A stretch of 40,991 nucleotides of DNA from a virus. Its lineage: Duplodnaviria; Heunggongvirae; Uroviricota; Caudoviricetes. Where the stretch lies: positions 1 through 40,991 of the IMG/VR virus record IMGVR_UViG_2896607866_000004. One strand, 5' to 3'. Position numbers and translations under genes: made by a program. The notes beneath the pieces were generated by a model. That model was not told where the DNA came from, did not search any database, and saw only the letters and a program-made list of their open reading frames with translations. Of the stretch, positions 25,550 through 35,870 are shown in pieces (the stretch's first letter is position 1; each line of letters starts with the position of its first letter).

Positions 25550-25936
25550 ATGTTTCTGAAACAGGATACGTTTAATTATGAAAAACAGTCCGTGGTGCTC
25601 AGTGAGCTGTCCGGGCTGCAGAGAATTGAATATCTGACGTTTGTTCAGCAGCGAACGGCAAAGTTTGATGCACAGGAGGGAGAACTGCCGGAGGCTGAAC
25701 GACAGATTGCTTTTCTGCGTATGGGAATGGATATCAATGCCTGGCTGGTTTCCCGCTCACTGTGGAATGCTGAGCAGTCTCAGGATGTTGAGACGCTTTG
25801 CGCATCCATTATGACAACATGGTCGTATGATGCGCTGGGCGCGGGGGCAGAGAGGGTTCTGTCGCTGAGCGGTATGGGGACCATTGAGAATGCCGGGGAT
25901 GATGATCATGAGGCGCTGACGCCGGAAAAGTCCTGA
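25550..25936 (+). CDS. G: tail assembly chaperone G
   Basis: MFLKQDTFNYEKQSVVLSELSGLQRIEYL… parallels lambda gpG; GGAG SD. Confidence 0.8.
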   Translation: MFLKQDTFNYEKQSVVLSELSGLQRIEYLTFVQQRTAKFDAQEGELPEAERQIAFLRMGMDINAWLVSRSLWNAEQSQDVETLCASIMTTWSYDALGAGAERVLSLSGMGTIENAGDDDHEALTPEKS

Positions 25937-25944
25937 CGCGGGAA

Positions 25945-26274
25945 ATGCAGTTTGTCATGCGGCTTGCCCGGGAGTTCCGGCGGGCAGACTGGCGGCGGAT
26001 GCTGTCGGAAATGTCGGCCACTGAGCTTGGTGAGTGGGGCGATTATTTCCGGATGCAGAGCTTCAGTGATGTGTGGATGGATGCGCAGTTTGCCTCGCTG
26101 AAGGCATTGATCGTGAGAATGGTGTCCGGCAGCAGTGATGCTGCGGTGGCTGATTTCAGCCTTTTACCGGAAGAGAACGGGATACCGGAGCGAACGGACG
26201 AAGAACTGATGCATCTTGGGGAAGGTATTTCCGGAGGTGTGCGTTATGGACCAGATAGCCAACCTGGTCATTGA
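25945..26274 (+). CDS. T: tail assembly chaperone T segment, expected to be made as a G-T fusion by -1 frameshifting
   Basis: ORF in the -1 frame overlapping the 3' end of G; the -1 frame opens after a stop at 25909-25911, so the shift must occur within 25912-25933 (GGAAAAG at 25924-25930). Confidence 0.65.
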   Translation: MQFVMRLAREFRRADWRRMLSEMSATELGEWGDYFRMQSFSDVWMDAQFASLKALIVRMVSGSSDAAVADFSLLPEENGIPERTDEELMHLGEGISGGVRYGPDSQPGH

Positions 26275-29200
26275 TTTGGGGATTGATGCGGCAGAGTTTA
26301 AAAATGAAATTCCCCGTATCAAAAACCTTCTGAATGGTGCAGCCGGTGATGCAGAACGGTCTTCTGCCCGTATGCAGCGTTTTATGGAGCGTCAGACTCA
26401 GGCGGCCCGGCAGACAATGCAGGCGGCTTCTTCGGCTGCAACAGCAGCATCAGCCCATGCGCAGACGGTGGAGAAGAATGCACGGGCTCATGAACGCATG
26501 GCCCGTGAGGTGGAACAAACCCGTCTGCGCGTGGATGCCCTGAATCAGAAAATGCGCGAGGAACAGGCGCAGGCCAGGGCACTGGCGGAGGCGCAGGATA
26601 AAGCGGCTGCCGCCTTTTATCGCCAGATTGACAGTGTGAAACAGGCCGGTGCGGGGCTTCAGGAATTACAGCGTATTCAGCAGCAGATCCGACAGGCCAG
26701 AAACAGTGGCGGGGTTGGTCAGCAGGATTATCTGGCGCTGATTTCGGAGATCACGGCGAAAACCCGTGCCCTGACGCAGGCAGAGGAACAGGCCACCCGG
26801 CAGAAAGCGGCGTTTATCCGCCAGCTTAAAGAGCAGGCAACCCGCCAGAATCTGTCGTCTTCTGAGTTGCTTCGCGCCAGGGCGGCTCAGCTGGGGGTAA
26901 GCAGTGCTGCAGAAGTGTATATCCGCAAAATGGAGCGGGCAGGAAAAGCCACACATTCGCTGGGGCTGAAAAGTGCGGCAGCCCGGCGGGAGCTGGGGGT
27001 GTTAATCAGTCAGATGGCGCGCGGCAATTTTGGTGCGCTGAGGGGATCCGGGATAACGCTGGCTAACCGTGCCGGATGGACAGGCGCACTGATGTCGCCG
27101 AAAGGCATGATGACTGGCGGCGTTATTGGCGGACTTGTCGCGGCGGTCCTGGGTCTGGGTAAAGCCTGGCATGACGGCCGGAAGGAGGGCGAGGAATTTA
27201 ACCGTCAGCTGGCGCTGACGGGACATTATGCCGGTGTCACTGTCGGGCAGTTGTGGAAACTCAGCCGGGCCATATCCGGGAATGGTATCACGCAACATGC
27301 GGCAGCCGGTGCGCTGGCACAGGTGGTGGGCAGTGGGGCATTTCATGGAAACGATATTGGTATGGTGGCGAAAGCTGCCGCACAGATGGAGCGATCGGTT
27401 GGCCAGTCGGTCAGCGATACCATAAATCAGTTTAAGCGGCTGAAGGATGATCCTGTAAATGCCGCGAAGGCGCTGGACAATGCGCTGCATTTTTTGACTG
27501 CCACTCAGCTTGAGCAGATACGCGTCCTTGGGGAGCAGGGGCGGTCCAGTGATGCGGCCCGGATCGCCATGTCTGCGCTGGCAGAGGAAACCGGTAAACG
27601 CACATCTGATATTGATAATAATCTCAATGCGCTGGGTAGTACGCTGCAAACCTTGTCTGACTGGTGGAAGCAGTTCTGGGATGCGGCCATGAATATTGGT
27701 CGTGAAGACTCGCTGGATGCGCAGATTGATGCGTTACAGGAAAAAATTCAGCGCGCGAAAAAATATCCGTGGACAAACGCCTCCACACAGGTGGAGTACG
27801 ATCAGCAGCGTCTTAACGATCTTCAGGAGAAAAAACGCCGGAAGGATTTGCAGGATGCAAAAGCGCAGGCAGAACGGAATTACCAGGAGCAACAGAAACG
27901 CCGGAATGCTGAAAATGCCGCGCTGAACCGGATGAATGAAACGGGAGCTGCACGACATCAGCGGGAAATTGCGCGTATTAATGCCATGCAGTACGCCGAC
28001 CAGGCTGTCAGGGATGCGGCGATACAGCGTGAAAATGAACGTTACGAAAAAGCCATTAAGAAAAATACACGGGCAACCCGTAATGATGAGGCCACCCGGT
28101 TATTGCTGCAGTACAGTCAGCAGCAGGCACAGGTGGAAGGGCAGATTGCTGCTGCCAGACAGTCAGCAGGCATTGCCACTGAAAGGATGACTGAAGCGCA
28201 TAAACAGCTTCTGGCCCTGCAGCAGCGCATCAGCGACCTGGACGGGAAAAAGCTGACGGCAGATGAAAAGAGTGTGCTGGCCCGTAAGAATGAGCTGATT
28301 CAGGCGCTGACGCTGCTGGATGTGAAACAGCAGGAGCTGCAGAAACAGACAGCGCTTAACGACCTGAGAAAAAAAACGGTTCAGCTGACCAGCCAGCTGG
28401 CAGACAAAGAACGTGCACTGCGTGAGCAGCACAATCTGGATATTGTCACTGCAGGTATGGGGGATAAGCAGCGGCAGCGCTACCAGGCACAGTTGCGCAT
28501 CCGGCAGGAATACCGGCAACAGTTGCAACAGCTTGAGAATGACAGTCGCCAGAAAGGCACTTACGGGACGGAGGACTACCAGAGGGCTGAGGAGGTGCTG
28601 AAGGGGAGCCTGAAGCGACAACTGAATGAAAACAAACGCTACTGGCAGGAACTGGAAGTGGCGCAGGGTGACTGGAAAAACGGTGCCATGCGGGCGTTTC
28701 AGAATTTTACGGCGGATGCGGATAATGCGGCGGGAACGGCAGAACAGATGTTTACAGTGGCATTCAGCAGTGCCGGTAATGCACTGGCGACATTCTGTAC
28801 CACCGGTAAGCTGAATTTTAAATCCTTCACCTCTTCCCTGTTGTCAGATATGGCCAGAATTATGGCACAGATGGCCATGATGCAGGCGGTAAAGGGCGTC
28901 GGTTCTTTATTCGGCTTCACGACTAATGCTGATGGCGGTGTTTACCAGTCTGCTGATTTGAGTCGCTACAGTGGCACGGTGGTTAACCGTCCGACGTTTT
29001 TTGCTTTTGCAAAAGGCGCGGGTGTGATGGGGGAAGCGGGACCTGAAGCCATTCTGCCACTGCGTCGCGGTGCTGATGGTAAGCTGGGGGTTGTGGCGGA
29101 TACTGGTGGTTCAGGCATGGTGATGTTTGCCCCGCAGTACAACATTGAGATCAATAACGACGGCACGAACGGGCAGATAGGTCCGGCTGCCCTGAAGGTG

Positions 29201-29287
29201 GTTTATGACCTCGGGAAAAAAGCGGCCGCGGACTTTATGCAACAGCAGGCCCGTGATGGTGGCCGGTTAAGTGGAGCATACCGGTAA
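26246..29287 (+). CDS. H: tail tape measure protein (lambda H-like)
   Basis: 1013-aa coiled-coil-rich protein from ATG 26246 (GGAGG SD); C-terminus …NNDGTNGQIGPAALKVVYDLGKKAA… parallels lambda gpH. Confidence 0.9.
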   Translation: MDQIANLVIDLGIDAAEFKNEIPRIKNLLNGAAGDAERSSARMQRFMERQTQAARQTMQAASSAATAASAHAQTVEKNARAHERMAREVEQTRLRVDALNQKMREEQAQARALAEAQDKAAAAFYRQIDSVKQAGAGLQELQRIQQQIRQARNSGGVGQQDYLALISEITAKTRALTQAEEQATRQKAAFIRQLKEQATRQNLSSSELLRARAAQLGVSSAAEVYIRKMERAGKATHSLGLKSAAARRELGVLISQMARGNFGALRGSGITLANRAGWTGALMSPKGMMTGGVIGGLVAAVLGLGKAWHDGRKEGEEFNRQLALTGHYAGVTVGQLWKLSRAISGNGITQHAAAGALAQVVGSGAFHGNDIGMVAKAAAQMERSVGQSVSDTINQFKRLKDDPVNAAKALDNALHFLTATQLEQIRVLGEQGRSSDAARIAMSALAEETGKRTSDIDNNLNALGSTLQTLSDWWKQFWDAAMNIGREDSLDAQIDALQEKIQRAKKYPWTNASTQVEYDQQRLNDLQEKKRRKDLQDAKAQAERNYQEQQKRRNAENAALNRMNETGAARHQREIARINAMQYADQAVRDAAIQRENERYEKAIKKNTRATRNDEATRLLLQYSQQQAQVEGQIAAARQSAGIATERMTEAHKQLLALQQRISDLDGKKLTADEKSVLARKNELIQALTLLDVKQQELQKQTALNDLRKKTVQLTSQLADKERALREQHNLDIVTAGMGDKQRQRYQAQLRIRQEYRQQLQQLENDSRQKGTYGTEDYQRAEEVLKGSLKRQLNENKRYWQELEVAQGDWKNGAMRAFQNFTADADNAAGTAEQMFTVAFSSAGNALATFCTTGKLNFKSFTSSLLSDMARIMAQMAMMQAVKGVGSLFGFTTNADGGVYQSADLSRYSGTVVNRPTFFAFAKGAGVMGEAGPEAILPLRRGADGKLGVVADTGGSGMVMFAPQYNIEINNDGTNGQIGPAALKVVYDLGKKAAADFMQQQARDGGRLSGAYR

Positions 29288-29616
29288 TGGAGACGTTTCA
29301 CTGGAAAGTGCGCCCGGATATGAATGTGGTATCAGAGCCGAAAGTGGTGACAGTGAAGCTGGGCGATGGTTATGAACAGCGTCGTGCGGCGGGACTGAAT
29401 AACCAGTTGTCGACTTACAGCGTGACGATACGTGTTCGTAAAGGTGAACACCCATCTTTAAAAGCCTTTCTGGAACGGCACGGTGGCGTCCGCGCATTTC
29501 AGTGGACGCCACCTTATGACTGGAAACCGATCAGGGTGGTTTGTCGTAAATGGTCGGCAAGCGTGGGGGCGTTATGGGTGACTGTAACGGCCGATTTTGA
29601 ACAGGTGGTGAACTGA
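29287..29616 (+). CDS. M: minor tail protein M
   Basis: METFHWKVRPDMNVVSEPKVVTVKLGDGYEQRRAAGLN…FEQVVN parallels lambda gpM. Confidence 0.85.
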   Translation: METFHWKVRPDMNVVSEPKVVTVKLGDGYEQRRAAGLNNQLSTYSVTIRVRKGEHPSLKAFLERHGGVRAFQWTPPYDWKPIRVVCRKWSASVGALWVTVTADFEQVVN

Positions 29617-30313
29617 TGCAGGATATCCGCAGGAAACACTGAATGAATGCACCCGTGCGGAGCAGTCAGCCCGGGTGGAGCTCTGGGAAATCGATCTGAC
29701 AGAGGTCGGTGGTGAGCGTTATTTTTTCTGTAATGAGCAGAACGAAAAAGGTGAGCCGGTCACCTGGCAGGGGCGGCAGTATCAGGCATACCCCATTCAG
29801 GGGTCGGGGTTTGAACTGAACGGCAGGGGCTGTGCTGCCCGTCCGACACTGACGGTCTCTAACCTGCACGGCATGGTCACCGGTATGGCGGAAGATCTGC
29901 AGAGTCTGGTCGGCGGAACGGTGGTCAGGCGTAAGGTTTACGCCCGTTTTCTGGATGCGGTGAACTTCGTCAACGGAAACAGCGACGCCGATCCGGAACA
30001 GGAGGTGATCAGCCGCTGGCGCATCGAGCAGTGCAGCGAACTGAGCGCGGTCAGTGCCTCTTTTGTGCTGGCCACACCAACGGAGACGGATGGCGCGGTT
30101 TTCCCGGGGCGTATCATGCTGGCGAATACCTGTATGTGGACTTACCGTTCTGATGAGTGTGGTTACACGGGCAGGGCAGTGGCTGACGAGTTCGACAAAC
30201 CAACGACGGATATCCGGAAGGACAAATGCAGCAAGTGTATGCGCGGGTGTGAGTTGCGCAACAATACCGGTAATTTCGGCGGTTTCCTTTCCATCAATAA
30301 ACTTTCTCAGTAA
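29616..30313 (+). pseudogene. L: minor tail protein L with a 1-bp frameshift after codon 5
   Basis: ATG 29616 overlaps the M stop and reads MQDIRRKH-stop (29640-29642). The +1 frame continues as …QETLNECTRAEQSARVELWEIDLTEV… through a complete L-like body (NTCMWTYRSDECGYTG…FGGFLSINKLSQ). GTG 29675 could give an N-terminally shortened product. Confidence 0.6.
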
Positions 30314-30317
30314 ATCC

Positions 30318-31061
30318 ATGACACAGACAGAATCAGCGATTCTGGCGCACGCCCGGCGATGTGCGCCAGCGGAGTCGTGTGGCTTCGTGGTGAGAACGCC
30401 GGAGGGAGACAGGTATCTTCCCAGCGAGAATATCTCCGGTGAGCCGGAGGAACGGTTCCGGATGGCTCCGGAGGACTGGCTGCGGGCACAAATGCTGGGT
30501 GAGATTGTGGCGCTGGTCCACAGTCATCCCGGTGGTCTGCCCTGGCTGAGTGAGGCTGACCGGCGGCTGCAGGTGCAGAGTAATTTGCCTTGGTGGCTGG
30601 TCTGCCGGGGTGAGATTCATAAATTCCGCTGTGTGCCGCATCTCACCGGGCGGCGCTTTGAGCACGGGGTGACGGACTGTTACACGCTGTTCCGGGATGC
30701 TTATCATCTGGCGGGGATTGAGATGCCGGATTTTCATCGCGGGGATGACTGGTGGCGTAACGGTCAGAATCTCTATCTTGACAATATGGAGGTGACGGGT
30801 TTTTACCGTGTCGCACTGACAGAGGCGCAGCCGGGCGATGTGCTGCTGTGCTGTTTTGGTTCATCGGTGCCGAATCATGCCGCCATTTACTGCGGTGACG
30901 GCGGGCTGCTGCACCATATTCCTGAACAACTGAGCAAACGAGAGAGGTACACCGACAAATGGCAGCGACGCACACACTCCCTCTGGCGTCACCGGGCATG
31001 GCGCGCATCTGCCTTTACGGGGATTTACAACGATTTGGTCGCCGCATCGACCTTCGTGTGA
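30318..31061 (+). CDS. K: tail assembly protein K (NlpC/P60-type peptidase plus MPN/JAB-like domain)
   Basis: ATG 30318; HSHPGG motif (JAB/MPN-like) and Cys/His peptidase-like region; position between L and I. Confidence 0.85.
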   Translation: MTQTESAILAHARRCAPAESCGFVVRTPEGDRYLPSENISGEPEERFRMAPEDWLRAQMLGEIVALVHSHPGGLPWLSEADRRLQVQSNLPWWLVCRGEIHKFRCVPHLTGRRFEHGVTDCYTLFRDAYHLAGIEMPDFHRGDDWWRNGQNLYLDNMEVTGFYRVALTEAQPGDVLLCCFGSSVPNHAAIYCGDGGLLHHIPEQLSKRERYTDKWQRRTHSLWRHRAWRASAFTGIYNDLVAASTFV

Positions 31062-31600
31062 AAACGGGGGCTGAAGCCATCCGGGCACTGGCCACACAGC
31101 TCCCGGCGTTTCGTCAGAAACTGAGTGACGGCTGGTATCAGGTGCGCATTGCCGGGCGTGATGCAGGTGAAACCGAATTGTCTGCCCGTCTTAATGAGCC
31201 GCTGGCAAATGGTGCAGTGATCCACATAGTACCGCGTCTGGTGGGAGCTAAAAGTGGCGGTGTGTTTCAGGCGGTGCTGGGGGCGGCTGTTATGGCGGTT
31301 GCTATATGGATGCCGGGGGTAGGAATTATGGCGAGTAATCTGCTGTTTTCTCTCGGTGCCAGTATGACGCTTGGCGGTGTTGCACAGATGCTGGCACCGA
31401 AAGCCAGAACTCCCCGTACACAGACAACGGATAACGGTAAGCAGAACACGTATTTCTCGTCACTGGATAACATGGTTGCCCAGGGCAATGTTCTGCCCGT
31501 TCTGTACGGTGAAATGCGCGTGGGGTCACGTGTGGTTTCTCAGGAGATCAGCACGGCAGACGAAGGGGATGGTGGTCAGGTTGTGGTGATTGGTCGCTGA
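30959..31600 (+). CDS. I: tail assembly protein I
   Basis: Overlaps the 3' end of K as in lambda; C-terminus …TDNGKQNTYFSSLDNMVAQGNVLPVLYGEMRVGSRVVSQEISTADEGDGGQVVVIGR. Confidence 0.85.
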   Translation: MAATHTLPLASPGMARICLYGDLQRFGRRIDLRVKTGAEAIRALATQLPAFRQKLSDGWYQVRIAGRDAGETELSARLNEPLANGAVIHIVPRLVGAKSGGVFQAVLGAAVMAVAIWMPGVGIMASNLLFSLGASMTLGGVAQMLAPKARTPRTQTTDNGKQNTYFSSLDNMVAQGNVLPVLYGEMRVGSRVVSQEISTADEGDGGQVVVIGR

Positions 31601-31660
31601 TGCAAAATGTTTTATGTGAAACCGCCTGCGGGCGGTTTTGTCGTTTATGGAGCGTGAGGA

Positions 31661-34600
31661 ATGGGTAAAGGCAGCAGTAAGGGGCATACCCCGCGCGAAG
31701 CGAAGGACAACCTGAAATCCACGCAGTTGCTGAGTGTGATTGATGCCATCAGCGAAGGGCCGGTTGACGGTCCGGTGGATGGATTAAAAAGCGTGCTGCT
31801 GAACGGTACGCCGGTCCTGGACAGCGAGGGGAAGACAAACTTTTCCGGTGTTACGGTAGTGTTCCGCGCCGGCGAGCAGGAGCAGACACCGCCGGAGGGG
31901 GTTGAATCTTCCGGCTCCGAGACGGTGCTGGGTACGGAAGTGAAATACGACACGCCGATCACCCGGACCATCACGTCGGCAAACATTGATCGTCTGCGCC
32001 TGACCTTCGGTGTGCAGGCACTGGTGGAAACCACCTCAAAGGGGGACCGGAATCCGTCGGAAGTCCGCCTGCTGGTTCAGATACAGCGTAACGGTGGCTG
32101 GGTGACGGAAAAAGACATCACCATTAAGGGCAAAACCACTTCGCAGTATCTGGCCTCGGTGGTGGTGGGTAACCTGCCGCCGCGCCCGTTTAATATCCGG
32201 ATGTGCAGGATGACACCGGACAGCACCACAGACCAGCTGCAGAACAAAACGCTCTGGTCGTCGTACACCGAAATCATCGATGTGAAACAGTGCTACCCGA
32301 ACACGGCGCTGGTCGGCGTGCAGGTGGATTCAGAGCAGTTCGGTAACCAGCAGGTGAGTCGCAATTATCATCTTCGCGGGCGCATTCTGCAGGTGCCGTC
32401 GAACTATAACCCGCAGACGCGGCAATACAGCGGTATCTGGGACGGAACGCTTAAGCCAGCATACAGCAACAACATGGCCTGGTGTCTGTGGGACATGCTC
32501 ACTCATCCGCGCTACGGCATGGGGAAACGTCTTGGTGCGGCAGATGTGGACAAATGGGCGCTGTATGTCATCGGCCAGTACTGCGACCAGTCAGTGCCGG
32601 ACGGATTTGGCGGCACGGAGCCGCGCATCACCTGTAACGCTTACCTGACCACACAGCGTAAGGCGTGGGATGTTCTCAGTGATTTCTGCTCGGCGATGCG
32701 CTGTATGCCGGTATGGAACGGGCAGATGCTGACGTTCGTGCAGGACCGACCGTCGGATAAAGTGTGGACCTATAACCGCAGTAATGTGGTGATGCCGGAT
32801 GATGGCGCGCCGTTCCGCTACAGCTTCAGCGCCCTGAAGGACCGCCATAATGTCGTTGAGGTGAACTGGATTGATCCGGACAACGGTCATGAGACGGCGA
32901 CAGAGCTTGTGGAGGACACGCAGGCCATTCTCCGTTACGGTCGTAACGTCACGAAGATGGATGCCTTTGGCTGTACCAGCCGGGGACAGGCGCACCGCGC
33001 CGGGCTGTGGCTGATTAAAACGGAACTGCTGGAAACGCAGACCGTGGACTTCAGCGTCGGCGCAGAAGGGCTTCGCCATGTACCGGGTGATGTCATTGAA
33101 ATCTGCGATGATGATTATGCCGGTATCAGCACCGGTGGTCGCGTACTGGCGGTGAACAGCCAGACCCGGACGCTGACGCTCGACCGTGAAATCACGCTGC
33201 CGTCCTCCGGCACCACGCTGATAAGCCTGGTTGACGGAAGTGGCAATCCGGTCAGCGTGGAGGTCCAGTCCGTCACCGACGGCGTGAAGGTGAAAGTGAG
33301 CCGGGTTCCTGACGGCGTTGCCGGATACAGCGTGTGGGGGCTGAAGCTGCCGACGCTGCGCCAGCGCCTGTTCCGCTGCGTGAGTATCCGTGAGAACGAC
33401 GACGGCACGTATGCCATCACCGCCGTGCAGCATGTGCCGGAAAAAGAGGCCATCGTGGATAACGGGGCACACTTTGACGGTGACCGGCGCGGCACGGTGA
33501 ATGGTGTCACGCCGCCAGCGGTGCAGCATCTGACCGCCGAAGTCACCGCAGACAGCGGGGAATATCAGGTGCTGGCGCGATGGGACACGCCGAAGGTGGT
33601 GAAGGGAGTGAGCTTCCTGCTTCGCCTGACCGTGGCAGCGGACGACGGCAGTGAGCGGCTGGTCAGCACAGCCCGGACGACGGAAACCACATACCGCTTC
33701 AGGCAGCTGGCGCTGGGGAATTACAGTCTGACAGTCCGGGAGGTAAATGCCCGGGGGCAGCAGGGCGATCCGGCGTCGGTATCGTTCCGGATTGCGGCAC
33801 CGGCAGCGCCTGTCACTATTGAACTGATACCGGGGTATTTTCAGATAACGGCGGTCCCGAAACTGGCTGTATATGACCCGACGGTGCAGTTTGAGTTCTG
33901 GTTTTCGGAAAAGCGGATTGCGGATATCAGGCAGGTTGAAACCAGCGCCCGCTATCTTGGCACGGCGCTGTACTGGATAGCCGCCAGTATCAATATCAGG
34001 CCGGGCCATGATTATTATTTTTACGTTCGCAGTGTGAACACCGTTGGCAAATCGGCATTTGTGGAGGCCGTCGGTCGGGCGAGCGATGATGCGGAAGGTT
34101 ATCTGAGTTTTTATAAAGGGTTGATCAATAAAACGCATCTCGGCAAGGAGTTGTGGACGCAGATTGATAACGGTCAGCTTGCGCCGGACCTGACTGAAAT
34201 CAGGACGTCCATTACGAATGTCAGCAATGAAATCACGCAGACCGTCAATAAAAAACTGGAAAATCAGAGTGCTGCAATCCAGCAGATACAGAAAGTTCAG
34301 GTTGATACAAATAATAACCTGAACAGCATGTGGGCTGTGAAGCTGCAACAGATGAAGGACGGACGCCTTTATATTGCGGGTATCGGTGCCGGTATTGAGA
34401 ATACGCCAGCAGGAATGCAGAGTCAGGTGCTGCTGGCGGCAGACAGGATTGCGATGATTAATCCTGCGAATGGCAACACAAAGCCGATGTTTGTTGGTCA
34501 GGGCGATCAGATATTCATGAACGACGTGTTCCTGAAACGCCTGACGGCTCCGACCATTACCAGCGGCGGTAATCCTCCGGCATTTTCCCTGACACCTGGC

Positions 34601-35140
34601 GGACGGCTGACGGCGAAAAATGCCGATATCAGCGGTAACGTGAACGCGAACTCCGGGACGCTCAACAACGTCACGATTAATAAGAACTGTCGGGTTCTGG
34701 GAAAATTGTCCGCGAACCAGATTGAAGGCGATCTCGTTAAAACAGTGGGCAAACCTTTCCCACGGGACTCCCGGGCACCGGAGAGGTGGCCATCAGGGAC
34801 CATTACCGTCAGGGTTTATGACGATCAGCCGTTTGATCGGCAAATTGTTATTCCCGCGGTGGCGTTTCGCGGTGCTAAACATGAGCGGAAGAATAACAAT
34901 ATTTATTCGTCATGCTGCCTGATAGTGAAGAAAAACGGTGCTGAAATTTATAACCGAACGACCCTGGATAATACGCTGATATATACGGGTGTTATTGATA
35001 TGCCTGCCGGTCACGGTCACATGACGCTGGAGTTTTCTGTATCGGCATGGCTGGTAAATGGCTGGTATCCCACAGCAAGTATCAGCGATTTGCTGGTTGT
35101 TGTGATGAAGAAATCCACAGCAGGTATCAGTATCAGCTGA
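31661..35140 (+). CDS. J: tail tip host-specificity protein J (1159 aa)
   Basis: Size, position and N-terminus [26 protein letters not shown]… parallel lambda gpJ. Confidence 0.9.
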   Translation: MGKGSSKGHTPREAKDNLKSTQLLSVIDAISEGPVDGPVDGLKSVLLNGTPVLDSEGKTNFSGVTVVFRAGEQEQTPPEGVESSGSETVLGTEVKYDTPITRTITSANIDRLRLTFGVQALVETTSKGDRNPSEVRLLVQIQRNGGWVTEKDITIKGKTTSQYLASVVVGNLPPRPFNIRMCRMTPDSTTDQLQNKTLWSSYTEIIDVKQCYPNTALVGVQVDSEQFGNQQVSRNYHLRGRILQVPSNYNPQTRQYSGIWDGTLKPAYSNNMAWCLWDMLTHPRYGMGKRLGAADVDKWALYVIGQYCDQSVPDGFGGTEPRITCNAYLTTQRKAWDVLSDFCSAMRCMPVWNGQMLTFVQDRPSDKVWTYNRSNVVMPDDGAPFRYSFSALKDRHNVVEVNWIDPDNGHETATELVEDTQAILRYGRNVTKMDAFGCTSRGQAHRAGLWLIKTELLETQTVDFSVGAEGLRHVPGDVIEICDDDYAGISTGGRVLAVNSQTRTLTLDREITLPSSGTTLISLVDGSGNPVSVEVQSVTDGVKVKVSRVPDGVAGYSVWGLKLPTLRQRLFRCVSIRENDDGTYAITAVQHVPEKEAIVDNGAHFDGDRRGTVNGVTPPAVQHLTAEVTADSGEYQVLARWDTPKVVKGVSFLLRLTVAADDGSERLVSTARTTETTYRFRQLALGNYSLTVREVNARGQQGDPASVSFRIAAPAAPVTIELIPGYFQITAVPKLAVYDPTVQFEFWFSEKRIADIRQVETSARYLGTALYWIAASINIRPGHDYYFYVRSVNTVGKSAFVEAVGRASDDAEGYLSFYKGLINKTHLGKELWTQIDNGQLAPDLTEIRTSITNVSNEITQTVNKKLENQSAAIQQIQKVQVDTNNNLNSMWAVKLQQMKDGRLYIAGIGAGIENTPAGMQSQVLLAADRIAMINPANGNTKPMFVGQGDQIFMNDVFLKRLTAPTITSGGNPPAFSLTPGGRLTAKNADISGNVNANSGTLNNVTINKNCRVLGKLSANQIEGDLVKTVGKPFPRDSRAPERWPSGTITVRVYDDQPFDRQIVIPAVAFRGAKHERKNNNIYSSCCLIVKKNGAEIYNRTTLDNTLIYTGVIDMPAGHGHMTLEFSVSAWLVNGWYPTASISDLLVVVMKKSTAGISIS

Positions 35141-35207
35141 ATTTTATAACCCAGATACGGGCACCAGAAATGGTGCCTTTTTTATTGCAGAAAAGCGAGA
35201 GGTAATT

Positions 35208-35807
35208 ATGCGTAAAGTTTGTGCAGCCATTTTGTCCGCAGCCATCTGTCTGGCCGTATCCGGTGCGCCTGCATGGGCGTCTGAACATCAGTCCACGCTG
35301 AGCGCCGGGTATCTTCAGACCCATACTGATATGCCAGGCAGCGATGACCTGAAGGGCATTAACGTGAAATACCGTTATGAGTTTACGGACACGCTGGGGC
35401 TGGTGACGTCATTCAGCTATGCCAACGCTGAAGATGAGCAAAAAACGCATTACAGCGATACCCGCTGGCATGAGGATTCCGTGCGTAACCGCTGGTTCAG
35501 CGTGATGGCGGGGCCGTCTGTGCGCGTGAATGAATGGTTCAGCGCGTATGCGATGGCGGGCGTGGCTTACAGCCGTGTGTCGACCTTCTCCGGGGATTAT
35601 CTCCGCGTAACTGACAACAAGGGGAAAACGCACGATGTGCTGACCGGGAGTGATGACAACCGCCACAGCAACACGTCTCTGGCGTGGGGGGCTGGCGTGC
35701 AGTTTAACCCGACCGAATCCGTGGCCATTGACCTTGCTTATGAAGGTTCCGGCAGTGGCGACTGGCGCACTGACGGTTTCATCGTGGGTGTCGGTTATAA
35801 GTTCTGA
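35208..35807 (+). CDS. lom: Lom/Ail-family outer-membrane protein
   Basis: Signal peptide, beta-barrel-type alternating pattern, C-terminal …GVGYKF; position after J. Confidence 0.85.
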   Translation: MRKVCAAILSAAICLAVSGAPAWASEHQSTLSAGYLQTHTDMPGSDDLKGINVKYRYEFTDTLGLVTSFSYANAEDEQKTHYSDTRWHEDSVRNRWFSVMAGPSVRVNEWFSAYAMAGVAYSRVSTFSGDYLRVTDNKGKTHDVLTGSDDNRHSNTSLAWGAGVQFNPTESVAIDLAYEGSGSGDWRTDGFIVGVGYKF

Positions 35808-35833
35808 TTAGCCAGGTAACACAGTGTTATGAC

Positions 35834-35859
35834 AGCCCGCTGGTTCAGGCGGGCTTTTT
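35834..35859 (+). terminator. rho-independent terminator after lom
   Basis: AGCCCGC-TGGTTCAG-GCGGGCT hairpin followed by TTTTT. Confidence 0.55.
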
Positions 35860-35870
35860 GTGGGGTGAAT

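Noticed and set aside
27002-28621. 215-aa and 152-aa minus-strand ORFs
   Set aside because: Antisense inside the tape measure gene; low-complexity Leu/Gln/Arg-rich translations.
30333-31008. 134-aa and 121-aa minus-strand ORFs
   Set aside because: Antisense within tail genes K and I.
32591-34348. 585-aa minus-strand ORF
   Set aside because: Lies entirely antisense within the J tail gene; Arg/His/Pro-rich composition typical of a spurious frame.
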